64,000 bases of DNA, from the NCBI GenBank assembly GCA_947625535.1, contig CANQOR010000002.1:9507-73506 (forward strand), written 5' to 3'. A program made the translations under genes and the position numbers. The notes below the pieces were generated by a model, which was not told the DNA's origin, did no database searches, and was given only the letters and a program-made list of their open reading frames with translations. Below, piece after piece: positions 9,085-18,931 of this stretch. Every line of letters starts with the position of its first letter. The first letter of the stretch is position 1. The stretch is from an uncultured Bacilli bacterium. Lineage in GTDB: Bacteria; Bacillota_I; Bacilli_A; RF39; UBA660.

Positions 9085-9525
9085 ATGTGTAATAATGGTA
9101 ATAATGATGGTAACTGTGTAGCTGAAATATTAAGTGTTATTCTTGTCTTACAACAAAATGCTTGTGTTGATAGTTGTTTAGATTCATGTGATAGACCAAT
9201 GTTAGGAGGAGGACCATCTTGCTTAGTATGTAATACTAGACCAGTAATGTTATATACTTGTTGTGGTAATGGAACACCATGGAGTATGCCTGTTTCTAAA
9301 GATTCAACAGCATCTTGTGATGGTTCTGTTACTTCTGCTACTTGTTCAACAGTATTTAGAGTAGAAAAAATAGAAGGAAATTGCTGTACATTTAGAGTAT
9401 TACAAGATAATCCTGATCCAACAAGTTTATATCCATTTGTAACAACTAACTCAGTATTTACAATGAATTTAAGTTGTGTTTGTTGTATAAGATGCTTAAC
9501 AGATACTTATGTAGAATGTGTATAA
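9085..9525 (+). CDS. spore coat / exosporium protein of the CotY/CotZ/ExsY family
   Basis: Cys-rich 146 aa. Family-like segments are NTRPVMLYT, STVFRVEKIEGNCCTFRVL and the C-terminal LSCVCCIRCL. Start chosen at ATG 9085 after an AAAGGGTGAG RBS. Confidence 0.7.
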   Translation: MCNNGNNDGNCVAEILSVILVLQQNACVDSCLDSCDRPMLGGGPSCLVCNTRPVMLYTCCGNGTPWSMPVSKDSTASCDGSVTSATCSTVFRVEKIEGNCCTFRVLQDNPDPTSLYPFVTTNSVFTMNLSCVCCIRCLTDTYVECV

Positions 9526-9534
9526 AAAGAAGTA

Positions 9535-10509
9535 CTAGTTTGTTAGTACTTCTTTATTTTTATATAAACGATAAAAATTAATAGATGGATGATTATTTAA
9601 ACGAGCATTTATTCCAGATGTACCTAGACCATTAGATATATAAAACTCAGTATTATTTAGATGATAATAATCTTTATAATAATTTTTACTATCTTTTGGT
9701 AAGAAAAGAGGTTTTATAAATGGTAATTTGATTAATCCTCCCATAGAATGTCCTGCTAATACTAGATTTGAATTATATAAACTTATTTCATCAATAGCAT
9801 CAGGTTCATGAATTAAAGTAATTTTAAATAAAGTAGATGGATCTAATTCTTCGATAGTATTAGTTAACATAGTATAATTAGGATTATTTATCATAACATC
9901 TAAACCACTTATCATAATAGGGGTAGAACTTTTATAATAAAGTAATGTTGATTTATCTTTTAAAATAGTAAATCCTAAATTAGTCATTGTTTCTTCATAA
10001 GCTTTATAATTAGTATCTTCATCACCGTAGATAGCATATTTATATGATGAAGAGTTTAAATTACTTAAACTATCCTTTATTTCGTTTTCAATATCTTCAT
10101 TAATATTAATACTTTTATCTATTAAATCACCAGTAAAGATTATTATATCTGGCTTTAAATCATTTATTTTATTAACTATTTTATCTAGCTGTTTTTTATT
10201 AATAGTTGTACCATAGTGAATATCAGAAAATTGAACTATCTTCATACCATGAAATGATTCAGGGAGATAGGAAGATTCTACTTTGTATTCTTTAATATCA
10301 ATAATACTTTTACCTAAAGTATTAGCATATATAATAATGGCTAATATAATTAGGAATAAGATGATGATAATTTTTTTGAAAGAAGATAAAGATTTAGGTG
10401 CATCTTTTTCTTCTTTTTCTATTTGGGGAGTTTCTTTTGTATCTTCTAATTCATCTTCTCTAATATATCTAGTCATTCTAGTTGTTGTATTAGAATCATT
10501 TTCGCTCAT
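9535..10509 (-). CDS. membrane-anchored metallophosphoesterase
   Basis: TM helix followed by calcineurin-like motifs QFSDIHYG, FTGDLID and LAGHSMGG. Confidence 0.8.
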   Translation of the reverse strand: MSENDSNTTTRMTRYIREDELEDTKETPQIEKEEKDAPKSLSSFKKIIIILFLIILAIIIYANTLGKSIIDIKEYKVESSYLPESFHGMKIVQFSDIHYGTTINKKQLDKIVNKINDLKPDIIIFTGDLIDKSININEDIENEIKDSLSNLNSSSYKYAIYGDEDTNYKAYEETMTNLGFTILKDKSTLLYYKSSTPIMISGLDVMINNPNYTMLTNTIEELDPSTLFKITLIHEPDAIDEISLYNSNLVLAGHSMGGLIKLPFIKPLFLPKDSKNYYKDYYHLNNTEFYISNGLGTSGINARLNNHPSINFYRLYKNKEVLTN

Positions 10510-11201
10510 ATAATACCTCCAAATAAAATTAAAATTAATATAGCTATAGTATTATGCATTGAATGAATTGCTATAGTTCCAAAAATATTATCAGTTTCAC
10601 TATAAGCTAGACCAAAGCAAGTTCCTAAAGCACCATAAGGTATAATATATAGTAACATAGCTATATCTTTAATACTTTCGATAGATGAAGTAACATGGAT
10701 TAAACCAAAGATAAGACCAGTTACAATAGCATATAAATATTTATTATTAGTTGATTTTTTTAAACCACGACGGAAGACTAATTCTTCTAAGATAGGTGCA
10801 AATATGGAAGCACATAATATTTCTACTAAAGGAGCTTGTCTAAGTAAATCAATATTGGCTGCTTGATTAGTATTTTCTTCTAAATGTAATATATTAATAA
10901 TATTAGATGAAACCATCATTATTAAATAACCAATGAACCAGTAACGGAAGGTTATTTTTAATATTTCTTTATATCTTTTTTTAAAATCTTTAAAGTCTTT
11001 AATAATTGTTTTTATATATATAAGGAAAAAGGTTAGAGTTAGTAATATATATAATATAAGATTAGCAGTATTATAACCGACTATTTTATATTTCATTAAT
11101 AGAATGACAGGAATGCTTAAAATATATTGTAATAAAAAATACAGACATATTATTAATATGCCTTTAAATAGTTCTTTATAATTAATCTGTATTTTTTCCA
11201 T
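10506..11201 (-). CDS. CPBP-family intramembrane glutamic endopeptidase (CAAX protease-like)
   Basis: Polytopic protein with motifs EELVFRRG, FGLIHV and HSMHN. Confidence 0.8.
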   Translation of the reverse strand: MEKIQINYKELFKGILIICLYFLLQYILSIPVILLMKYKIVGYNTANLILYILLTLTFFLIYIKTIIKDFKDFKKRYKEILKITFRYWFIGYLIMMVSSNIINILHLEENTNQAANIDLLRQAPLVEILCASIFAPILEELVFRRGLKKSTNNKYLYAIVTGLIFGLIHVTSSIESIKDIAMLLYIIPYGALGTCFGLAYSETDNIFGTIAIHSMHNTIAILILILFGGII

Positions 11202-11212
11202 AGTATCACCTT

Positions 11213-11665
11213 TTATTTTATATAACCCATTGCTTTTAATCTTGATTCAATTTTAGTTTTTGTTGCTTCACCAACTAAACGATTAGCAGTATTAGCTTCT
11301 TCACCATCGACAATAAAGACTGTTGTAGGTGTACCACTTATGTTAGCAATTAACTTTAATTTGTTATTTTCTTCGTTACTTATTTGATCAGTTTGAATTT
11401 CGTAGGCTGTTATATCATATTTAGCTAAAACTTCTTTAAAACCAGGTTTAAAAGCTAGACAGTGAGCGCAATCACTTTGAGATATAAGAAGAATAAAAGA
11501 TTCTTTATTATTAATTTTAGTTTCTAATTCACTATAATTTATTAAAACTAAATGTTTATCTTCATCAATTTCTTTTCCTTTTAAAACACTACTTGAATAA
11601 ATAACACCAATTAAAGCAGCAGCAATTACTATTATTACTAGAAATGTAATAGCTTTCTTCTTCAT
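11213..11665 (-). CDS. membrane-anchored thioredoxin-fold thiol:disulfide oxidoreductase
   Basis: N-terminal TM anchor, CAHC active site and a GTPT cis-Pro loop. Divergently oriented from the Tad-like cluster. Confidence 0.75.
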   Translation of the reverse strand: MKKKAITFLVIIVIAAALIGVIYSSSVLKGKEIDEDKHLVLINYSELETKINNKESFILLISQSDCAHCLAFKPGFKEVLAKYDITAYEIQTDQISNEENNKLKLIANISGTPTTVFIVDGEEANTANRLVGEATKTKIESRLKAMGYIK

Positions 11666-11773
11666 AAAATCACCATAAATAATATATCACAATAAAAAAA
11701 ATACTTCAATTTAATGTTGTTATTTTCAAATGTTAATGGTAAAATTATATTTAGAAAATAAGGTTGGTGCTTT

Positions 11774-12523
11774 ATGATGAGAAAAAATAAGTTTATTATG
11801 TTAATTATTGTAGTGCTTTTCCTATTTGTAGGTAAAGTAAATGCAGTAGAAGAGGAGGATGTTACTTGTAATACAAGGAAGTTAACTGAATTAAGACAGA
11901 TGGCTTCTAATGTTAAGGTAACATATATTTCTGGTGAGGCGGTAAGACAACTGCCAACTCCAAATCCAGAAGTAGATGGAACGGAGGAAACAATTTATTA
12001 TTTGGACGTTAAGATATTTAACTTGAATAGTAAGTTGGGAGTAAAAGTTTCTACGAAGGGTAATAATATTACTCCAGAAACACATGATGTTGGATTAAGC
12101 GAGATGGGGCCTGATGGAGCAGTTACTTTAAGACAGATGGCTAGTAATTCAAATATCGATTATGAATTTAAAGTTTATGCGATAGAAGGTAACTGTACTG
12201 GTAAAACGTTAAGAACACTTAGACTTACAATACCAAAGTTTAATATGTATTCAGAATTAGATATATGTAAGGATGTTCCTGACTATTACTTATGTCTAAG
12301 ATATACAACTTATGATGTTGATGGAGCGACATTCTATGATAGAGTAGATGAATATAAAGCTAAAATGTTAGTTCAAAATGAAACTGAAAATAATGTTAAC
12401 AATACAGTTAGTAGAACTTTATCTAATCTATCTAAATATAAATATATAATAGTTGGAATAGTAGTTGCGGTTGGTGTTGTGATAACAGTGTTAATTCTTA
12501 GAAGAAAGAAGAGTGAAGTATAA
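11774..12523 (+). CDS. secreted protein with C-terminal membrane anchor; first gene of the Tad-like cluster
   Basis: Signal peptide (…VGKVNA), C-terminal TM helix + RRKKSEV, and an internal duplicated LRQMASN motif. Its stop overlaps the next start (TAATG at 12521-12525). Confidence 0.55.
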   Translation: MMRKNKFIMLIIVVLFLFVGKVNAVEEEDVTCNTRKLTELRQMASNVKVTYISGEAVRQLPTPNPEVDGTEETIYYLDVKIFNLNSKLGVKVSTKGNNITPETHDVGLSEMGPDGAVTLRQMASNSNIDYEFKVYAIEGNCTGKTLRTLRLTIPKFNMYSELDICKDVPDYYLCLRYTTYDVDGATFYDRVDEYKAKMLVQNETENNVNNTVSRTLSNLSKYKYIIVGIVVAVGVVITVLILRRKKSEV

Positions 12524-15500
12524 TGAATATAAGTAATTATAAAAAATATTTACTATTTATAATTTTATCATTTACGTTATTTACTGGTGTCACATTTGCT
12601 GCTAAGGAATTAGTTTTAGTTCCGCCACAATATGGCAAAACAGTAACCTATAGTAATTCAGAATATCGTAATTTACATTGCGAACCTGTAACACTAAATG
12701 TCTTTAAGGTTGAAAATACTTCTAGTGGAGTAAAAATTTCTTGGCCTTCAAGTAATAAACCTAAAGGTGCTGGTTATGATACAGTTACTTGTACATATGA
12801 TTATGAGGTATCAGTAGGTAATACTGTACCATTTACAAGTGATTATCCTTTGGCTTATTCTTCTATAGAAATGCCAACATATTTTGTATCTATTAATGAC
12901 AATGGTACAGGTGGAGGTACGAGTGTTGATTTAAAAGACGTTGTAAGTGGCGAATATAAAAGAATCGTTAAACGTGTTGATCACGAAAATGAAAGTGGCT
13001 TAAACTTTTTAAATCTTGATCAATGCCCATTTGGCAGTTATTGCGTAATTGCACCATCTGATCAATTCTATGAAATTAGTGGTAAAGAATCAGCATTAGT
13101 TTTTTTCGAAGCTGTTGATTATAGCGATAATCATGAAACAATAGCTGTTCATGTTACTCTTGTTCATCAACCTGGAGCTAGAGCATACCCTGGCGCTGGT
13201 ATATGTAGTTTTAATGGTCAATGGACAACTGATGGTGGAGCTTATACAACAAGAGAATCTGGAGCTGTTTTACCAGATTGTAAAGGCCCTTCTACTGGTG
13301 TTCAAATGGAATTCGTAGGTTGGACATATGGTTCAAGAGAAAATCCTGACTCATCAATTCCTGATGATCGTAATGTTCAATTACAACAAGCTAATACATG
13401 TGAGAGTTATCCTCATGTATCAGCAGGAGCTACAACTAATAATCAATATACTTATTTTGCTTGTTTTAAAACAAAACCTGCTGTAACTTTAAATACTACA
13501 GGTGCTGGAGCAGTTATTGATCCAGTTGGAACTTGTAAATTAACAAATGGATATTTCTATTGTGAAGGTACTGGAACAATGAAGTTACCTTCTGTTAGAT
13601 TCGAAGGTGAATTTAATCAAAAAGGTCAAAAAACTTTCTCAGCATGGGTAAGAGATGATGGCAAGAGATTCCAACCTGGAGATGAAGTTCCATATGATAA
13701 CTCTTCTTATAGTGTTGAATTTGAATTTACTACTGTAGAAAGAGAATTATATAAAACTGTTAAAGTTGGTAGAAATGAAGTTTTGGCACTTAGAGATATG
13801 GTAACTACTACAGGTTGTAAGGCTAGTAGCGAAACTTATCTTACAGCTAACCTTTCAGGTGGTGAATGTATTGTTCATGGTGTTAAAGATTCTAGCGGCG
13901 CATATACTGATGTAACAATAACTGGTACAAATAAAGATGGCGCTGTATTTGATACTACATTTAAAGTTTCTGTTGAAGATGATCCTGTATTTGGCGGAGG
14001 ATCTGGAGGTTCAGGTGGCTCTGGTGGTTCCGGAGGTTCTGGAGGCTCAGGTGGCTCTGGTGGCTCTGAAGCTGGCGTTGGTGGAGGATTCATTATTCAA
14101 GTTAATTCTGAAACAATGCCAGGTGATAATACTGTTACTGGATTAAATGAAGCTGGTGGCTTCTGCAAAAATGTAAGAATACGTTGGGTTTCTTATAATA
14201 AGAAAGACGATATTACTTCATCTGGATTAAATATGCTTAACTATGATGCTCGTTCTACTTGTGATGGTAAACGTTACTTATCATTATGTATGGATCCTGG
14301 ACGTCTTGGTCCTGACAATGGTGTTTTTATGGATTATTATGTTGTTGGCGATGGAGCTGGGGGAAAAATTAATGATCATTATAAAAAATTTATTGGTTAT
14401 ATAACTTCTAAATATTTACAAGATACTAGTGCCATTGCTGAGTTAGGTGATTTAAATTCGTTTAGTGATTTTAAAATTGCTGCACAAGTTTCATTACGTG
14501 TTATTGCAATTATGATAGGTGAAGGTGGCGGTGGAAACGCTTATCCAACTCACTATGCTCCTTACCAAACTTTTGCTGATTCTGTTAATGCATGTAATCG
14601 TAATCAATCTTGCATTAGTAGTGCTACTAGTACATTCTTTGGTTCAAATAGTGCTGGTGCACAAGGCATTGTAACCGATATTTTGACAAATTATTCTACA
14701 TATAGTGCTGATGAAGATGAAGGCAAATTTGAATACTCAATTGATGATAAAAAGGTTAATAAAATTAATGGCGATATGGGTTATGATTTAATTTATACTG
14801 GTACTTTAAAATTACCTAAAAACGCTAAATTAATTAGTCCTGCTACAGGTTCTACTGTCACTTATGATAAGGGTGGCGCTAGTGGAACATTTAAAATTAC
14901 AGGTACTGCGGATGGTGCTACTGCAGAAACTCAGGTCTTAAAATATGAAGCAACCGTACATGTTGAAAACATTTTAAATCTTACTAAGATTCCTAAATCT
15001 GATGAGGAAAAAGTTGAATATAGTTTTAAAATTGAATATGAGGGTGCAATAACACCAGCTAATATAGCGATTGCATATCCAACAAATAATAAATCTTATC
15101 AAAGAATGTTCTTATTCGATTTTGAAAACCATTATACATACTTATATTTTGATATTACACCTCCTGATTGTGATTTTGATCCGTTAGATCATAATAAACA
15201 TTGTAACGATAGTGGATGTGATAGTGGATTCAGTGTTCCAATGTTTAAAGCGGCAGGATGCTGTAGATATGTTATGGATGAAACTAGTTATGTTGGAAAG
15301 AATTTATGTTCTGCCGAATGTACTACTTCAACACTTTCTACTGTTTGTGATAAGGATTTAGTTAATCCTGGTTCTACAAAGATTTATGAAATTAAAGAAG
15401 GTGAAAAAGGTACTGGAAGTAGTGCAGAAAAGAAGATTGGTACTTGTATAGTAAAAACTGATGAACCTTATACTACTGGTAGTGAAAGTTATTCTTCTAC

Positions 15501-18378
15501 CGGTAATCCGACTTCTACTGATGATACTTCTACTGAGTATAATAGATTCCAAAAATATGATGCTAATGGTAATTCAATAATGGTTGCTGCTTATCGTAAC
15601 AATCAATATTGCCAAGTTAGTTGCCGTGAGGAATGGCAGATAACCACTGATACATTTGGTAATTTTATTGGAGAAAGAGCTGCATTGGCTGGTCAATTCT
15701 TCCAAAATAGAGAGAATAGTGTATTTATTGGTTCTAAACGTACTTGCTATTCAACTTACGTTGATTATGATAAATATACTAAGGATGTAAAAGATCTTTC
15801 TCAATCTATTGTAAATAATTATAAAACTTATAGTAATGCTTCACACGTTTATGCTGACATAGAAGATCAAACAAAATTACCTGTTAAGAGTACGGCACTT
15901 CAATTTACTTCTACATCATTATGTACGGCTGATCAAGCTTCTGTTACTGAGAATTCTTATAAATGTAAAAAAACGAATCCTTCAACTGGTAAATTAGAAG
16001 ATTCAACGTGTTATACTTATACAATTGAATGGTCATGCACTGATACAATCAATACTCAAGGTAGTTATAGCTTAAATATAAATCATAAATTTAAGGGTCA
16101 ACCATATGGAACAACAACTGGTGGTTCTGCAAACGATTCAGAAGGTAAATTTACTTACTATGATGATAAAGCTGAGCATACAAAAGGATATTGGGAAAAT
16201 TTATTTAATAAACAAATTATTGAAGATTATTCTTATAGTGGTAAAAATACTGGCACTTGTTCTGTTGTAACTCCTAGTTATGAAAGTATTACTTATTATA
16301 ATAAAAATACTAAACAAAATGTTACTGTATCTAGACAGCATAAGAAAACAAAATATGGTACAAATTGTTATAATGATTTTGATACTAATGATACGCATGG
16401 TGGATCTGGTAAAGGTGCCCAAGATGCATTTGATAAATTAAGTAAAGAAATTATGAATGACGCTAAGAGTCAAGTTGAAACTGCTGCTAATGCAATGATT
16501 ACTGCTACTAATGATATTAAAGAAAAAACAGAGGATGTTTTCCAATGTCAACACTATGAACTTAAAAATACTACTGATGATTCAAATGGTAGAAAACAAA
16601 ATACTCAAAATACTCAAAAATTATTTGGTAAAGATACTCCATTTGTTCAAATTGAGACAGCTTATGATCCAGATATTTCGTATATCTATGATGAGGCTGC
16701 ATATATGACAATTTTAGCTGATGATAATGTCATGATTCAACATCTAGGCACAAATGATGCTTACATTCAAAAGGGAATGGATGCAGAAGGAACGCTAGGA
16801 CCTGATTATAATAATACTACCAATGCTTCTGTTAAGGCTTATTTAGGACCTGATGAATACTGCTTAAATGGTGGAGATGCTTCTAAATGTCAAGAAATTA
16901 CTTTAGCTAGAAATAGATTACATTCAATTTATTATAATCCAACCACTAAGTGGGAAGTTGATAGCGATCAATCTAAGAAATATGAAGATACTGCTGGTAA
17001 GATAGATCTTCCTGGTGGTGGCAAACCTGCTAATGATAAATATTATGATGCTCATATGACACTATGCCAAGTTGGTATGGGTAGTGGAAGCTATGCTAAA
17101 AATGCTCGTACACAATTTAGTAATGATATAGTCGCATTAGCCGATGGTAATTATCATTATCGTTATGCTGGTGGACGTTGCTACGATTATACATTAAAAT
17201 TCGTTAAAGCCCATTATTTCCAATCTTCAATAGAAAATGGAAGTTTCTATAGAAATAAGGGTATTTGGTATAAGAGTGGAAATGACATTAGAGAACATGG
17301 TGAAACTTTAGATGAAGCTCTAATGGTTAATTCTCAAAAACGTAGTAATCCCCCTGATTATTCTGGATATGATCCTATGAATTGGTCTGTATTTGTTGGT
17401 ACTAAGACTGGATCAGGAGTAGTTGGTAACTATAACCTATTCCCTGTTAGTATTACTACAAAACGTAATATGTATCAATATACTTATATATTCAAAGATA
17501 TAGGTGTTTACACGAATAATGATTTGGGTCGTCTGATGGGCGATGAGAAATCTATTATTCAAGCTAATACACAGACATGTTACTATGAGGTTGTCGAGGA
17601 TGTTTGCTTATGTTGTGGCGATGACTTGTTAACATATTCAATACCTGGAATTCCGGCAGCATCTGACACTGTTGGTCCACAACTTGGTTACAACTATCAG
17701 TTCTCTTTAGGTGATGATGACATTCCTGAAAATTCAAACGGTGTTTTAGGATTTAGTAATTCAACAGTTGCATTATCTGATTTAAATTCATCTTCAGATA
17801 GAAAGTTAGGTGCTAACTGGAGTGGTAATGCTGCATTCTACTATGGTGGCATTAAACTTGAAACTAATAAAGGTGAAGTTGCTAAGGATAGAATTGAAAA
17901 ACTTGGTGAAACGGTTTACCAAAAAGATCCTGAATATTCATTTGTAATAACTCCAGAAGGAATGCAATATATTAGAAACTACAATGATCAAAATGGATAT
18001 GTAGTTAACTTTAAAAATTTAAATATTTATGGTAGAGCTTCTATTCAACCACTTGGTAGCTGCAGTATTGATAGTAATGATTGTTGGTTTGCTTCTAATT
18101 CAGATGAAGAACAAGAAATGACTGATAAGATTGCTAACTTTGGTCACTACGGAAGTAAATTCTTGGAAGATATTGGTTCTGTAGGTGGTATTACAGATAA
18201 TTCTAACAATTTAAAACTTACTGGTGATTCTTCTGTATGTGCTATTAAAGATGGGGATTCAATTACTGATGAGTTAGCTAAGAAGTGTCGTTGGATTGAC
18301 TATATTGAACAAAGTAGTAATGTTCCAACACTTTGGGGCTCTTCTGGAACACAATATTATAGATTGGCATTTAAATAG
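12523..18378 (+). CDS. giant (1951 aa) secreted Cys-rich protein; candidate pilus-associated adhesin
   Basis: Uninterrupted ORF with a Sec signal (…TGVTFA/AKE), a (GGS)n linker and many Cys residues including CC pairs. No sorting signal or TM anchor, and no family recognised. Confidence 0.8.
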   Translation: MNISNYKKYLLFIILSFTLFTGVTFAAKELVLVPPQYGKTVTYSNSEYRNLHCEPVTLNVFKVENTSSGVKISWPSSNKPKGAGYDTVTCTYDYEVSVGNTVPFTSDYPLAYSSIEMPTYFVSINDNGTGGGTSVDLKDVVSGEYKRIVKRVDHENESGLNFLNLDQCPFGSYCVIAPSDQFYEISGKESALVFFEAVDYSDNHETIAVHVTLVHQPGARAYPGAGICSFNGQWTTDGGAYTTRESGAVLPDCKGPSTGVQMEFVGWTYGSRENPDSSIPDDRNVQLQQANTCESYPHVSAGATTNNQYTYFACFKTKPAVTLNTTGAGAVIDPVGTCKLTNGYFYCEGTGTMKLPSVRFEGEFNQKGQKTFSAWVRDDGKRFQPGDEVPYDNSSYSVEFEFTTVERELYKTVKVGRNEVLALRDMVTTTGCKASSETYLTANLSGGECIVHGVKDSSGAYTDVTITGTNKDGAVFDTTFKVSVEDDPVFGGGSGGSGGSGGSGGSGGSGGSGGSEAGVGGGFIIQVNSETMPGDNTVTGLNEAGGFCKNVRIRWVSYNKKDDITSSGLNMLNYDARSTCDGKRYLSLCMDPGRLGPDNGVFMDYYVVGDGAGGKINDHYKKFIGYITSKYLQDTSAIAELGDLNSFSDFKIAAQVSLRVIAIMIGEGGGGNAYPTHYAPYQTFADSVNACNRNQSCISSATSTFFGSNSAGAQGIVTDILTNYSTYSADEDEGKFEYSIDDKKVNKINGDMGYDLIYTGTLKLPKNAKLISPATGSTVTYDKGGASGTFKITGTADGATAETQVLKYEATVHVENILNLTKIPKSDEEKVEYSFKIEYEGAITPANIAIAYPTNNKSYQRMFLFDFENHYTYLYFDITPPDCDFDPLDHNKHCNDSGCDSGFSVPMFKAAGCCRYVMDETSYVGKNLCSAECTTSTLSTVCDKDLVNPGSTKIYEIKEGEKGTGSSAEKKIGTCIVKTDEPYTTGSESYSSTGNPTSTDDTSTEYNRFQKYDANGNSIMVAAYRNNQYCQVSCREEWQITTDTFGNFIGERAALAGQFFQNRENSVFIGSKRTCYSTYVDYDKYTKDVKDLSQSIVNNYKTYSNASHVYADIEDQTKLPVKSTALQFTSTSLCTADQASVTENSYKCKKTNPSTGKLEDSTCYTYTIEWSCTDTINTQGSYSLNINHKFKGQPYGTTTGGSANDSEGKFTYYDDKAEHTKGYWENLFNKQIIEDYSYSGKNTGTCSVVTPSYESITYYNKNTKQNVTVSRQHKKTKYGTNCYNDFDTNDTHGGSGKGAQDAFDKLSKEIMNDAKSQVETAANAMITATNDIKEKTEDVFQCQHYELKNTTDDSNGRKQNTQNTQKLFGKDTPFVQIETAYDPDISYIYDEAAYMTILADDNVMIQHLGTNDAYIQKGMDAEGTLGPDYNNTTNASVKAYLGPDEYCLNGGDASKCQEITLARNRLHSIYYNPTTKWEVDSDQSKKYEDTAGKIDLPGGGKPANDKYYDAHMTLCQVGMGSGSYAKNARTQFSNDIVALADGNYHYRYAGGRCYDYTLKFVKAHYFQSSIENGSFYRNKGIWYKSGNDIREHGETLDEALMVNSQKRSNPPDYSGYDPMNWSVFVGTKTGSGVVGNYNLFPVSITTKRNMYQYTYIFKDIGVYTNNDLGRLMGDEKSIIQANTQTCYYEVVEDVCLCCGDDLLTYSIPGIPAASDTVGPQLGYNYQFSLGDDDIPENSNGVLGFSNSTVALSDLNSSSDRKLGANWSGNAAFYYGGIKLETNKGEVAKDRIEKLGETVYQKDPEYSFVITPEGMQYIRNYNDQNGYVVNFKNLNIYGRASIQPLGSCSIDSNDCWFASNSDEEQEMTDKIANFGHYGSKFLEDIGSVGGITDNSNNLKLTGDSSVCAIKDGDSITDELAKKCRWIDYIEQSSNVPTLWGSSGTQYYRLAFK
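13993..14067 (+). repeat. tandem 9-nt coding repeat encoding GGGSGGSGGSGGSGGSGGSGGSGGS
   Basis: ggc gga gga tct gga ggt tca ggt ggc tct ... About eight GGS units with shuffled synonymous codons. Confidence 0.9.
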
Positions 18379-18394
18379 AAAGGAGTGAGAACAT

Positions 18395-18907
18395 ATGAAG
18401 GAAAGTTATTGGGGCTATTGGTTTGTAATCTTTGGTGTTTTTATAGCAGTTGTTATGTTACTTACTAATGATGCAACTACATCTAATACTCAAGATTATT
18501 ATCAATTAAAAGAAGTAGCTAATAGTGCCTTATATGATGCAATAGATTACAGTTATTATGCGCAAACTGGTCAAATAAGAATCTTAAAGGAAGTTTTCGT
18601 TGAAAACTTCCTAAGAAGATTCGCTGAAACTGCATCAATTACAGACAGCTACGAAATTCAATTTTATGATTTATATGAATCTCCTCCTAAAGTAAGTGTC
18701 AAAGTTTCAACAAAAACGGCAGGATTTATAATCGGACGTGATGTTGCTGAAGATCCTGGTGACCCTTCATCAGCTATGACTGATTTAGATGTTGTTAACT
18801 CAATAGATTTAATAATTGAATTTGATCCTGTTAATATTACTTGTTCTGGTGATAATTGTAGTAGTGATAAAATGACTAAACAATATTGTGATTATTATCC
18901 TGTTTAG
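18395..18907 (+). CDS. pilin-like (minor pilin / TadE-F-like) protein
   Basis: MKESYWGYW followed by a single N-terminal hydrophobic helix. It shares the M-K-x6-W9 + TM layout with ORFs 26721 and 27250 and sits between the giant gene and cpaB-like. Confidence 0.4.
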   Translation: MKESYWGYWFVIFGVFIAVVMLLTNDATTSNTQDYYQLKEVANSALYDAIDYSYYAQTGQIRILKEVFVENFLRRFAETASITDSYEIQFYDLYESPPKVSVKVSTKTAGFIIGRDVAEDPGDPSSAMTDLDVVNSIDLIIEFDPVNITCSGDNCSSDKMTKQYCDYYPV

Positions 18908-18931
18908 TTTATAGAGGAGGAATAGAATAGA

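Noticed and set aside
9055-9088. Direct repeat gtgagatatatgt … gtgagatatatgt at the start of the CotY/Z-like gene
   Set aside because: It is a 13-nt duplication that merely offers alternative in-frame starts (GTG 9055 / ATG 9085). It is too short to be interpreted as a regulatory or mobile feature.
13875-14093. Minus-strand ORF encoding PEPPEPPEPP…
   Set aside because: It is the antisense reading of the (GGS)n coding repeat inside the 1951-aa gene. It has no RBS or independent support.
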